Assembly (NCBI GenBank): GCA_964016885.1
Contig: OZ024743.1
Coordinates: forward strand, 112,964,001 to 113,028,000
Length of the DNA stretch: 64,000 nucleotides
Direction of reading: 5' to 3'
Source: Eledone cirrhosa
Taxonomy: Eukaryota
Shown here: in pieces, positions 15,253 to 28,477 of the stretch
How positions within the stretch are numbered: the first letter of the stretch is position 1
Layout: each line of letters starts with the position of its first letter
The notes under the pieces: model-generated
Seen by the model: only the letters and a program-made list of their open reading frames with translations
Told to the model about the DNA's origin: nothing
Databases searched by the model: none
Position numbers and translations under genes: made by a program

Positions 15253-15347
15253 TCTACCTGGAGTTGCGACCGATAGATAGTACTAGCAACTGGAAAGACC
15301 AACGGAAACATTGTTTCCTCGGTCCGATTTGACGAAAAGTCGATCGA

Positions 15348-15401
<54 letters not shown>

Positions 15402-15884
15402 ATGTATATATGTATGTGTATGTATGTATATATGTATGCATGTATGTATATGTGTGAATGTATGTGTGTATACATGTGTTTGTGTGTGTATATATGTATG
15501 TGTATGTATATGTGTGTATGTGAATGTATGTATATGTATGTGTATGTATATATGTATGTGTATGTATGTATATATGTATGCATGTATGTATATGTGTGAA
15601 TGTATTTGTGTATACGTGTGTGTATGTGTGTATATATGTATGTGTACGTATGTATGTGAATGTATGTATATGTAAGTATGTATATATGTATGTATGTGTG
15701 TGAGTATACATAGGAGTAATTTCGTTTTTGTTTTGTTTTTTGATTTGCGTCTCTTATTTCATCAAGAAATTAAAGGTAACTAGTAAGGATCGACTAATAT
15801 GTATGTATAATGTGTATATATGTATGTATGATATAGATATATATATATAGATATATATAGATATATATGTGTGTATGTGTGTGT

Positions 15885-15940
<56 letters not shown>

Positions 15941-16122
15941 CATACATATACAATATACATACATATCTATATATATATATATATATGTATATATACCATG
16001 CATACATATACACATTATATATATATCATACATACATATACACATTATGTTTATAAATATCATACATACATATACACATTATACATATATATATATATAC
16101 ATATAATGTGTATATGTATGTA

Positions 16123-16181
<59 letters not shown>

Positions 16182-16183
16182 AA

Positions 16184-16225
<42 letters not shown>

Positions 16226-16497
16226 GCTGTATTCAAATGAACTAATCAACAGTCTTTCTTATGCGATATTTTTCTTCTTCCAGTAGAATTGGCATTATGG
16301 TCAATACGTCATAAAGCTGACAAGATCTCTAATAAACACACTAGCTATTTGGTGAACCTGTTAATGGCGAAAATTCAACTTCATTTCTTCACAAAGAATT
16401 CTTTAACTAGTTAATAAGCATTTTTTTTCTTTTTTCTTTTTTTACTGAAACGCACAAAAATATATAAAAATATAACTGCTACAACAACAACAACAAC

Positions 16498-16531
<34 letters not shown>

Positions 16532-16943
16532 TTAATAATAATAATAATAATAAAAATACCAATAATAATAACGGAATTTACTGACGTCATTTTACGAGAC
16601 AATACTAAAATTGACAGGCCTTGTAAAATCTAAAATGTATACCCGCTTAATTGTTAAATCCTTAGGGGTATGGTGATAGAAACATCAAATTTATTCGTTC
16701 TTTCTTTTGCTCTCTTTTTCTTGTTAATGTTTTGATTGCTTGTTTTTTTTTATTGTTTTTTTTTCTTATTACTGGTGTTGTTTCTGTTTTGTTGTTATTG
16801 GTGGTGTGTTACTATATTTCTTGATAGCTAATTTTCTTTTTGGTAGGATATTTCCTGTAACAAATGAACCCCGCCCTCACCTACCTATTTTATTTTTGGT
16901 TTATGGAGCACTTTTCAATAAGAATGAAGTTGAATATATATAC

Positions 16944-17016
<73 letters not shown>

Positions 17017-17639
17017 GCATATTTTATCTTGGAGAAATGAAAATTACAATGAAAAGGCTAATGAATAAAGGTTGACAAAAATAGGAAAATGTGCTGTTTG
17101 GTGTTAAATCTGGCGTAGAATTTTTCTCCTATCAAGCAAAAATGTAAACTCATCCAATTTCCTTTCGGTTATATGGTGTATGTTTTTGTTGTTGTTATAT
17201 TTCGATTGAGGTATTATTATTGTTGTTGTTGTTGCTTCTGTATGGTATTATTATATTTGTGAATTCATTAACGTGAATTTTTCATTTCGAAGAATTTGCG
17301 ATGTTCTCAAAGAAAGCTGTGTGATAAAATATGATTTATAACCAAATGCTAATGAGGCTCATATTTAGCCGAATCGTTACAATGTTGGTCCGCTAACCAA
17401 AGGATCTGAAGTTCGTTTACTAACGGTGACAATGAACAATTTACTTAACTTGTAATGATTCCTGCCTCCAGTATTTCAAACGCTATTCAACATAAAGTCG
17501 AAAATAATTCCAAGGTATCATCTGGTGTATATGAGAACTTAATATCAATTTCTAATGTTAAGCTCTTTATATTCCATTCACACTGTCATTTACTCAGTAT
17601 ATAGCAAGCCAATGAAGCAGCCTCTACGCATCTCTCGGC

Positions 17640-17925
17640 CTGCTCCACGAGGACCCAATTAGTTTTTTTATTTAAAATTTAAATTTATTGTAATATGAGA
17701 GACGGGACTTTCGAATACAATAAAAGACCTGCTGTTACATGATGTTTTCCATTACTACATTCATTTGTTGTTAATACAGATTATTTTTAAGTATAGTCAA
17801 CACTCGTGATTGAATTTTAGCTTATGTAATTTTCCATAATTATTCTTTCATGGCCTTCGTCCGGCCCGCTATCTGCCATTAATATTCGATCCGGCCCGTG
17901 GAGGCAAAGAAGTTGCCGACCCCTG
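17640..17925 (+). mobile_element. hAT/MITE 3' end fragment
   Basis: CGGCCCG subterminal repeats and the terminus AAGTTGCCGACCCCTG resemble the TIR at 8775-8790. No matching 5' TIR was found. Confidence 0.6.
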
Positions 17926-18462
17926 CACTAAACTCTTAACGGAGAAGAACATATTGGAAATATGGTTCTAAATATATTTTCGGAATAAAATATGAGATGA
18001 TCACTGCTGGAAATACATTTTATCATAGGTCAGCTCAGTTAGTAAGGAACTGGGGGAAACAGCAACAGTATAATGCAGCAGAATGCAAAGGGAAGGACTC
18101 AGCAAAGATTCTAAGGCCTTTTTATCCATTTGTCCCATTTATTGTCCTTACCACGGAAACTACAGACAAACCATCGAAATTCAATAGCAACGACAAAACA
18201 TTTGAATTAAACATCAAAATGAAAAAGTTTTACAAAACACACTGACCAGCTTCTCAACACTCTTCTCCGTGAAATTTGTTCTGCCAAAAGTTTTAAGAAA
18301 TGTTCGATAGGCGTTTGTCATTTTGATCTTTTTTTTTTTTTCACCAATGTTTTGCTCCTCTGACACGTTTTCATGCCTGTTGAGATATAGGCTGAGGGCA
18401 GGGGACATCTATATGCCTTTGTTGTTGTAGATATTGTTGGTATTATTTTGGGAGAGTGATTT

Positions 18463-18645
18463 TGGTGGTTTGGCAGTATCGGTAGAGCATCAGACATGCT
18501 TTGCAGCATAGAGTTACTGCCTTTTACGGTCTGAGTTCAAATCCCACCGTTGTTAACTTTGCCTTTCATCCTAATGGGGTCGATAAATAAAGCACCAGTA
18601 ATGCACTGGGGTAATTGCTGGCCTTGTGCCAAAAGTAGAAACAAT
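18463..18645 (+). mobile_element. tRNA-derived SINE (dominant family in the window)
   Basis: TGGCAGTATCGGTAG A box, GAGTTCAAATCC B box, AACTTTGCCTTTCATCC...GGGGTCGATAAA body and GGCCTTGTGCC tail. Partial copies at 1-35, 18900-19055(-), 19345-19437, 20690-20830, 38620-38740(-), 40812-40900(-) and 63292-63403(-). Confidence 0.85.
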
Positions 18646-19436
18646 TATTTTGGGAGAGTGAACGTCCTCAAGACTTCTTTCCACATTTACAACAAACGGG
18701 CAGTATTTCGAACGCTAAATGTAACTATAAACTTACAAGAAATGCCCATGTATTGTATATACGGGCCCATAGCTCCTGGTAGAATCGTAACAGCGCCATA
18801 GTGATATACAGCATATTTTGGGTAGATTAAACTTGGCGGAGCCCAGCCACTCTTTGGCTGAATGCAGCCAATATCTTCCAGAGACAGAGATAGAGAAGGA
18901 AGGGGCCTCAGTACTTGACTGATACTTTGTTTATCGACCTCTAAAAGATGAAAGGCAAATTTGGCTTCGTGATTTAAACTCAGAGCATAGAGAATCGGAA
19001 CGAATACCGGAAAACATTCTAGCTGACTTTCTAACGATTCTGCCAATTCGTCGCCTTGTCATGTGGGATAAAATATTTTACTATCACTATGGCTTTTTCT
19101 TAATCGCATTTCTTAGTAAACCAGCATCCTAATTATGGCTCACACGGTATATCACTACAAATATCTCTGCCTTCGCTTCAAAGAGTAGTATTTTAGTCCT
19201 TTCAGCTTTGTGTAGCTCATCTGTTGGATTAAGACAACTTTTGGTGTGTAGCAGTATTGGATTATTTCGAGATCTGTATTTAGTTTGCCCCTAATGCGGC
19301 GACCATGGTTGGGAGCAATATTCCGACTCACGAGGATGGTGGGTTTGCATAATTGGTAGATTGTGTGGGATAAATATTATTGCAGTATTTTTTCTGGCTC
19401 TTAACATTCTGAGTTCAAGTCTTGTCGAGGTCAACT

Positions 19437-19800
19437 TTACAATTAAAAAGAATTAAAAATTAAAAATTGAGTGTTGAAAAGGTCTGTTCATCTTTCTTGT
19501 TGCAAGAAAGATGAACAGACCTTTTCAACACTCAATTTTTAATTTTTAATTCTTTTTAATTGTAATATTCAAAATTTGATAAGATGGTTTACACTGATGC
19601 ATTGAAACCGGTTATATTTTATATATTTTATATACATTATAAAACTCCTTTTTTTAAAGAATTATTCCTTAATTTTTTCAATAATGCCACTTTGACGAAT
19701 CAAAGAAGAAAAAAGAAAAACATATCCTTAAATATATTATTTTCCGTGCTTTTTCCAATTCCACTTTTTTTCTATAACCCCCTGTTTTGTATAGAATCTT
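19437..19800 (+). repeat. Fold-back element: perfect 63-bp inverted repeat followed by an HHR-like motif
   Basis: Arms 19437-19499 and 19503-19565 with a 3-nt loop. 19571-19620 reads UUGAUAA-GAUG...CAUU-GAA-ACCGGU-U, with a weak stem I. Confidence 0.6.
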
Positions 19801-19810
19801 ACCCCTTTTT

Positions 19811-19845
<35 letters not shown>

Positions 19846-19954
19846 AGGTACATGTATTCACATATGTGTGTGGGTACAGGTATATATATATATATATATA
19901 TACGTGTGGGTATGGGTATATGTATACACATATATGTGTGTGTGTGTGTCTCTA

Positions 19955-20092
<138 letters not shown>

Positions 20093-20829
20093 TCATAACC
20101 GGAAATTGAAAGATTTTCAAATTCTTTCAAATATTGACGCTGAAAATGTAATAGATAGAAGAAAAAAGAAAGAAAGAATGGGGAGAAATAGTAAAACTAT
20201 GAAACGGGAGGAACTGAATGTTGGGGTGGAAGGGATAATGGTTTTACTGGCGTCACAAGATTGAGATATTTCAAAGTCTTGCTAGCTTTCTTTGTTTCTT
20301 TTTTAGTTCCTTTTTTTTTATTTTTGTTTTCGCTTTTTTTTTCTCCTTCATTTTATTTATTTGCTGATTTATATTATTTACTCTTCAAGATCGTTTTAAA
20401 GTTATTGGGAGACGTAAACTAAAACGACTTAATGGAAGTTGACTAAAAGTATTATCAAGGAAGGAAGGAAAAATCTTAAACTTGTCTTCGCTTGGTTTAG
20501 TGAACGTTTTATGTGTTATCAACGGAAAATGAAAAATATAATGAAATAAAATATACACCAATAATTGCTAGAATTTAGAAGAGACAAAAATTAACGAAAG
20601 ATACAGACAACTCTCATTTTCCTCCACTTCACTATTGAAATAAGAATAGAGAATCATCTTGTTTTAGTATTATCATCATCATCATCAGGACGATTGATTG
20701 GCAGTATCAGTAGAGCGTCAGACAAATGCTGACAATTGAAATAAAAGGAATTGCGAATCATTTTTCTTTTATTGTCGTCATCAGGACGGTGATTTGGCAG
20801 TATCGGTAGAGCAACGGACTAAATGTTTT

Positions 20830-22075
20830 GTATTATATACATACCGTCCAACATCGTTGTCTAACGATGGACGGATGGACAGGTTAAATTACTCGGGTTA
20901 TCGGTTCGTTTGGTCTAGTCTGGTCCAGACCTCCAGATGAATAAGCACTGGGAGGAAGTAATAAGCAGGGTGGCCACTCACAGCCAGAAATGGGCCGAAA
21001 GAAAATTATCTTGAAAGGTCGAGAAGATTTGGCGAACACGTACATCGCGTCCGTCACCTACTATCGTCTGACGGTCATGTCTTGCTTTAGTCACGCCTCA
21101 CTACACTGGAGCATTTGCTCCTTTGCATTTTGTGGAAGGGTTATGCTCCACTCATCAGGCGATCCAACACCCGCTGCGAAGAGGACTAAGAATGCTGTGG
21201 CTGGTGATGCGCAAACATGTGTTGAGGCTACGTCATGACGGCTATGGTCACTGTTTTCAAGACACGCCTTTTCTCAGCTCATCTTCTTTGCAGAGCTGCA
21301 GTCCTGGGTCAAACAAAGACCGAGAGAGAGAGAGAACATTTGAAGAATTGAATGCCTTCGAGCGCTTGCAACCCTCTTCCAATCGGGCTGTACGATCGGT
21401 GGAAACTCCACCTTAGCGTTCTATAGAGGGTTGGTGGTGGGTAAAAGCGACATTCTTGGCGAATCTCTGAGCATCGACGAAAATCAACCAGCCAATGTTT
21501 CCGGGGGACTTTCGGCCTAATGCCCATGAACAACTTCCAGAAATCTCTGATCTGGCAGTGCTACTGCGGAGCGTTGCCTGTACGAGATAAACTCTACATT
21601 TTTGAAAGTCCCATCAATCGGGCCTGCCGAAGATGCGCGCAGAGCGACGAAACCGTCCTGCACGCATACCTCGATAGCCCCAGCATTGCTAATTTGTGTA
21701 TTGATGTCGAACACCTGCCTTTAGGTGTAAAACGAATCCGGTGATCAACTGAGTCCATCGTGAAGATCGCTCTGCCGTCCTCCTTCAGTCGGGAATGACA
21801 GACAACTTCTATCTGCCTGGTGGCCAAATCGAATGAGATCGTATGGTCGACGCGTTTGAAAGGGTTGAAGACAAGCGCTTTTCTCTTCAGCAAAAGTTTA
21901 ATTGTCTCTTTCAAATTTCACTTCAAGAGGAAAGTCAGGTGATCATGAAAGTGATGCTGGCGAACCAGTTTGTTGAAAGATGGGTGAGAGCGAATGGGCC
22001 TTGCCCTGAGTATACACCTGTAGAAGAGGATATCTGTAAGGGGACTCTTGCTCCAGCATCAGGGTGACCGTGGCT
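20830..22075 (+). mobile_element. Third, degenerate Tx1/L1-like copy
   Basis: NFQKSLIWQCYCGALPVRDKLY...CRRCAQSDETVLHA. Follows 2200-3040 in order. Confidence 0.8.
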
Positions 22076-23189
22076 TTTTTTTATCACCGTGTCGTTGGCA
22101 TGCCGGTGGGTAGGGTCACCGTGTCGTTAGCATGCCCATGAGTAGGGTCACAGTGTCGATGAAACGCTAGAACCACCGTGTCATGTCACGCCCCTATTAG
22201 AGTCACCTTGATATTTCCTGGGTAATTCCTTATGTAAATATATATCACCTTGTATAATGTTTGTCTAAACCCCAGTGTATGAAAACCTCAACTCTGTCAT
22301 GCCTGTAGGTGTATTTTCTCTTAGTCAAGACTAAGCTGCCAGAAATAATGTGATTGCTTGTTTCCTCTCAGCCACACTGTGTTCTCTTTCATTGTAATTG
22401 TCTAGTGTTATTCAATTTCAGAGAATTGCGTGTAATTTTCTAGCAGCATTTTACCTAAATGTTTGGTGGTACTGACGGATCAAAGTCATTGGTCTTTAGT
22501 GTCTGCTTCAACGGTCTGCTACGGCTCTCAACAACAATAGCCTACCACTGTCATCAAAAGCAGAACTTTAGCCAACACAGAAATGTGCAGTTTTCTAGCG
22601 GCAATTTACCTAAATGTTTACTGCTAGTGATGGACCTTTAGACGGTGGTGTTTAGTGTCTACCTCAACGGTCTGTCATGGCTTTCAACAACAACGGCTCT
22701 ACCACGACCAATAGCAATACTTTTTCCACCACCATCATGATCAACTTCGAAACACAAAACCGGTTAAACAATAAGAAAGCGATGTCCTTTACTAAAATCG
22801 CTCGTTCCTGAATAGAGCAGTCCAGTCAAGGACCAGCTAATAGACTTTTAGAAAATATATATAAATCCTGTATCAATTGGTGGTGGTGATCGTCGGTGGT
22901 GGTCGTGGTGGTGGTGGTGGTCGTCGTTGTGGTGGTCGTCGTGGTGGTGGTCGGCGTGGTGGTGATTGTGGTGGTGGGTGTGGTGGTGGTGGTGGTGGTG
23001 ATGGTTGCGGCGGCGGTGGTGATGGTGGTGGTGGTGGTGGTGGTGGTGGTGGTGGTGGTGGTGGTGGTGGTGGTGATGGTGGTGGTGGTGGGGGTTATAG
23101 CGGCGTCGATATTGTTGACATTTTCAAATAACTCAAACTGTTGAGTCTCAGTAAAAGGAAAACATGATCGATTTATAGATAGTCTGGTG

Positions 23190-23211
23190 AATGTCTTAAC
23201 CACACACACAT

Positions 23212-23244
<33 letters not shown>

Positions 23245-23271
23245 CACATATATATACACATACATATACAC

Positions 23272-23314
<43 letters not shown>

Positions 23315-23866
23315 GTGACTGTCTTAACCATATATATATGTGTGTGAGTGTCTGTGTGTATGTGTGTGAGTGTCTGTGTGTGTGTGTGCGTCAGATTACT
23401 GTTTTAAGTTTTAACCATATATATATATGTGTGTGTGTGTGTGAGATAACTGTCTTAACCATATATATATATATATATGTGTGTGTGATGTGTGTATGTG
23501 TGAGGTGACTGTCTTAACCATATATATATGTGTGTGTGTGCGTGTGAGAGGTGACTCTCTTATCCATATATATATATGTGTGTGTGTGTGTGAGATAACT
23601 GTCTTAACCATATATATATATATATGTGTGTGTGTGTGATGTGTGTATGTGTGAAGTGACTCTCTTAACCATATATATATGTGTGTGTGTGTGTGTGCGT
23701 GTGAGAGGTGACGCTCTTATCCATATATATATGTGTGTGTGTGTGTGTGTGTATGTGTGTGTGTGAGATAACTGTTTTAACCATATATATATATATGAGG
23801 AGGGGAGATAGCTTCTTAACCATATATATGTATGTGTGTGTGTGTGTGTGAGTTGACTGTCTTAAC

Positions 23867-23925
<59 letters not shown>

Positions 23926-23999
23926 ATGTGTGAGATGACTGTCTTAACCATGTGTGTGTGTGTATGTGTGAGTGCGTCTGTGTGAGATGACTATCTTAA

Positions 24000-24077
<78 letters not shown>

Positions 24078-24223
24078 TTGTGTGAGATGAGACTGTCTTA
24101 ACCAAATATATGTGTGTATGTGTACGTGTGTGTGTACGTGTGTGTGTGTGCGTGTGTGTCTGTGTGTGCGTGTGTGTGTATGTTTGTGTGAGATGAGACT
24201 GTCTTAACCAAATATATATGTGT

Positions 24224-24230
<7 letters not shown>
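23190..24230. repeat. Array of a ~19-bp motif (GAGATGACTGTCTTAACCA) separated by variable (TA)n(TG)n tracts
   Basis: About 16 motif copies counted by eye. The spacers are microsatellites only. Confidence 0.85.
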
Positions 24231-24261
<31 letters not shown>

Positions 24262-25053
24262 AATTGGCATAAATATGCAAAGGTTTCTCTAACTATTGTC
24301 TTTCCTATTCTTCTTCCTATCTCTTTTCTTGTTGTTTTGAGGGATTTTTGTTTTATTTATTGTTTATTTTTCATCACTATTTTTTCCACTGTAATATTAC
24401 TTATACACATGTACGGAAAAACGAACAGAGAAACAGAAGCAAAACGAATAAAATAAAATAAAATAGACTAAAATCGAATAAGTCGACAACTAGTGTTTGA
24501 ATATAGTCAAATCAGATCTAGTACATTTATAGTCCAGTCAAACATAGTAAGGTCTATAAACCATTCTTGTCACATAAACTGCTATCAGAGCGTCTTGCCA
24601 ATGACCGGAAACTGGTCGTAAATACGTTTTGTATAATGAGATTTTTAGATGGAAGTAATTGAATATTATCGATCTTGAAGAGGTAGATATGACTATCACT
24701 TATTTACTACTGTTTGTTTTTGTGGTGATGGTGGAAGGTTGATGGAAGGTGAAATGTTGAATGTGTTGTCGGTTCGTTTACGAAGAGAGGAAACACTTAA
24801 CGGTGTTTGGTATATATACAGTGCTCTGCAGTGCTATGGAAATGTGATTAACTGAAGGAAAAGCAGACGTTTCTTGTTTGGTATTTAAAGATGTTTTGGT
24901 ACGTATAGTGTAGAATTATGGATGGACATATATGTGTTCGGGTGTGATTATGAATATATATGTACCATCTCTATGAATGTATTGAGTACATTATTTAGCT
25001 GTGGCTCCCTTCCGTTCCTCTTCGGAAAACCATTCTTAATTATATATATATAT

Positions 25054-25142
<89 letters not shown>

Positions 25143-25275
25143 TGTGTGTACGTGTGTGTGTGTGTGTGTGTGTATTCCGTACGTATCAAATGGAACAAAA
25201 CCGTCTAGCCCATGCTAACGTGGAAGATGGACGTTAAACGACGACGACGATGATGATGATGATGATGATGATGAT

Positions 25276-25415
25276 AGGAAAAGAGTCAGGACTCCGACGG
25301 GTGAACTCCGACCGTTTCGACAGCTGGATCCGAACTAACACTCTACTGCCTTAAGTATTGAGTAGTCTGGTGCGTTATGGTCCACCTGGTATCTTAAAAC
25401 ATCCTCTTTGTTGTT
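25276..25415 (-). mobile_element. Short fold-back PLE-end family carrying the 3' half of a hammerhead (other copies 37999-38163, 59106-59312, 63102-63260)
   Basis: Shared block CCAGGTGGACCATAACGCACCA-AGTACTCAATACTT and shared GAA-ACGG...CCGT-C half-site. The centre is variable and all copies abut microsatellites. Confidence 0.75.
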
Positions 25416-25429
25416 ATATATATATATAT

Positions 25430-28424
25430 TTAGCGCCGCTAAACTGATACGTGCATATATGTATGTGTACCTGTATGCATATGTATGTATATATGTATAT
25501 ATATATATATATGTGCATGCTACTGTACGTCTGTATACATATATGTATGTACGTATACATGCATACTTACATTTAAGTAAGTGCCATACTAAGAGTGAGA
25601 AATGAAATTTCGTTTTCATTTTGTTTCAATTTATCGTTTTCGGTACGCCTGACCGATTTAACTCACTCAATATGCAAATTAGGCTGCTCAGCCGTTAATT
25701 TTCATAAGGAAAGTATATACTTTCGAACGTTCAACTATCTGGCAGATGGGTAAACGGTGCTGATGATAGCTAACAAGCTTGAAACTAGTACATCGTTCCT
25801 GTGTCAGTGTTGAACAAAAAGGTGACGTGGTTGCCTTAACACCGTATGGCATAAATTCAGGCTGTTCAGTTTGTTTACAAACGAACAAAGCGACGTTAGC
25901 GCCGCTAAACTGATACGTGCATATATGTATGTGTACCTGTATGCATATGTATGTATATATGTATATATATATATATATGTGCATGCTACTGTACGTCTGT
26001 ATACATATATGTATGTACGTATACATGCATACTTACATTTAAGTAAGTGCCATACTAAGAGTGAGAAATGAAATTTCGTTTTCATTTTGTTTCAATTTAT
26101 CGTTTTCGGTATGCCTGACCGATTTAACTCACTCAATATGCAAATTAGGCTGCTCAGCCGTTAATTTTCATAAGGAAAGTATATACTTTCGAACGTTCAA
26201 CTATCTGGCAGATGGGTAAACGGTGCTGATGATAGCTAACAAGCTTGAAACTAGTACATCGTTCCTGTGTCAGTGTTGAACAAAAAGGTGACGTGGTTGC
26301 CTTAACACCGTATGGCATAAATTCAGGCTGTTCAGTTTGTTTACAAACGAACAAAGCGACGTTAGCGCCGCTAAACTGATACGTGCATATATGTATGTGT
26401 ACCTGTATGCATATGTATGTATATATGTATATATATATATATATGTGCATGCTACTGTACGTCTGTATACATATATGTATGTACGTATACATGCATACTT
26501 ACATTTAAGTAAGTGCCATACTAAGAGTGAGAAATGAAATTTCGTTTTCATTTTGTTTCAATTTATCGTTTTCGGTATGCCTGACCGATTTAACTCACTC
26601 AATATGCAAATTAGGCTGCTCAGCCGTTAATTTTCATAAGGAAAGTATATACTTTCGAACGTTCAACTATCTGGCAGATGGGTAAACGGTGCTGATGATA
26701 GCTAACAAGCTTGAAACTAGTACATCGTTCCTGTGTCAGTGTTGAACAAAAAGGTGACGTGGTTGCCTTAACACCGTATGGCATAAATTCAGGCTGTTCA
26801 GTTTGTTTACAAACGAACAAAGCGACGTTAGCGCCGCTAAACTGATACGTGCATATATGTATGTGTACCTGTATGCATATGTATGTATATATGTATATAT
26901 ATATATATATGTGCATGCTACTGTACGTCTGTATACATATATGTATGTACGTATACATGCATACTTACATTTAAGTAAGTGCCATACTAAGAGTGAGAAA
27001 TGAAATTTCGTTTTCATTTTGTTTCAATTTATCGTTTTCGGTACGCCTGACCGATTTAACTCACTCAATATGCAAATTAGGCTGCTCAGCCGTTAATTTT
27101 CATAAGGAAAGTATATACTTTCGAACGTTCAACTATCTGGCAGATGGGTAAACGGTGCTGATGATAGCTAACAAGCTTGAAACTAGTACATCGTTCCTGT
27201 GTCAGTGTTGAACAAAAAGGTGACGTGGTTGCCTTAACACCGTATGGCATAAATTCAGGCTGTTCAGTTTGTTTACAAACGAACAAAGCGACGTTAGCGC
27301 CGCTAAACTGATACGTGCATATATGTATGTGTACCTGTATGCATATGTATGTATATATGTATATATATATATATATGTGCATGCTACTGTACGTCTGTAT
27401 ACATATATGTATGTACGTATACATGCATACTTACATTTAAGTAAGTGCCATACTAAGAGTGAGAAATGAAATTTCGTTTTCATTTTGTTTCAATTTATCG
27501 TTTTCGGTATGCCTGACCGATTTAACTCACTCAATATGCAAATTAGGCTGCTCAGCCGTTAATTTTCATAAGGAAAGTATATACTTTCGAACGTTCAACT
27601 ATCTGGCAGATGGGTAAACGGTGCTGATGATAGCTAACAAGCTTGAAACTAGTACATCGTTCCTGTGTCAGTGTTGAACAAAAAGGTGACGTGGTTGCCT
27701 TAACACCGTATGGCATAAATTCAGGCTGTTCAGTTTGTTTACAAACGAACAAAGCGACGTTAGCGCCGCTAAACTGATACGTGCATATATGTATGTGTAC
27801 CTGTATGCATATGTATGTATATATGTATATATATATATATATGTGCATGCTACTGTACGTCTGTATACATATATGTATGTACGTATACATGCATACTTAC
27901 ATTTAAGTAAGTGCCATACTAAGAGTGAGAAATGAAATTTCGTTTTCATTTTGTTTCAATTTATCGTTTTCGGTATGCCTGACCGATTTAACTCACTCAA
28001 TATGCAAATTAGGCTGCTCAGCCGTTAATTTTCATAAGGAAAGTATATACTTTCGAACGTTCAACTATCTGGCAGATGGGTAAACGGTGCTGATGATAGC
28101 TAACAAGCTTGAAACTAGTACATCGTTCCTGTGTCAGTGTTGAACAAAAAGGTGACGTGGTTGCCTTAACACCGTATGGCATAAATTCAGGCTGTTCAGT
28201 TTGTTTACAAACGAACAAAGCGACGTTAGCGCCGCTAAACTGATACGTGCATATATGTATGTGTACCTGTATGCATATGTATGTATATATGTATATATAT
28301 ATATATATGTGCATGCTACTGTACGTCTGTATACATATATGTATGTACGTATACATGCATACTTACATTTAAGTAAGTGCCATACTAAGAGTGAGAAATG
28401 AAATTTCGTTTTCATTTTGTTTCA

Positions 28425-28430
<6 letters not shown>
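25430..28430 (+). repeat. 466-bp head-to-tail tandem array (~6.4 units) with one hammerhead ribozyme per unit (retrozyme-like)
   Basis: Exact 466-bp period, also visible in the ORF track. Units are identical by eye apart from one C/T site. (TA)n on both flanks. Confidence 0.95.
25753..25797 (+). ncRNA. Type I hammerhead ribozyme, first of six (others start at 26219, 26685, 27151, 27617, 28083)
   Basis: AACGGUG-CUGAUGA-U-AGCU-AACA-AGCU-U-GAA-ACUAGU-A-CAUCGUU. Complete core, GUA triplet, palindromic stem III. Stem I extends through CUGGCA/UGUCAG and GUUCAAC/GUUGAAC. Confidence 0.88.

Positions 28431-28477
<47 letters not shown>

Noticed and set aside
22877-23144. Gly-rich or Thr-rich (mucin-like) ORFs, also at 9593-10078
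   Set aside because: Degenerate (GGT/ACC)n trinucleotide repeats with no supporting exon structure.
23190-24230. CRISPR array
   Set aside because: The spacers are microsatellites rather than unique sequences, there are no cas genes, and the context is eukaryotic.
25688-28415. Repeated 66, 93 and 112 aa ORFs in the 466-bp array
   Set aside because: They are largely microsatellite-derived, lie on both strands, and are not preserved in the diverged copy at 35.1-35.7 kb.
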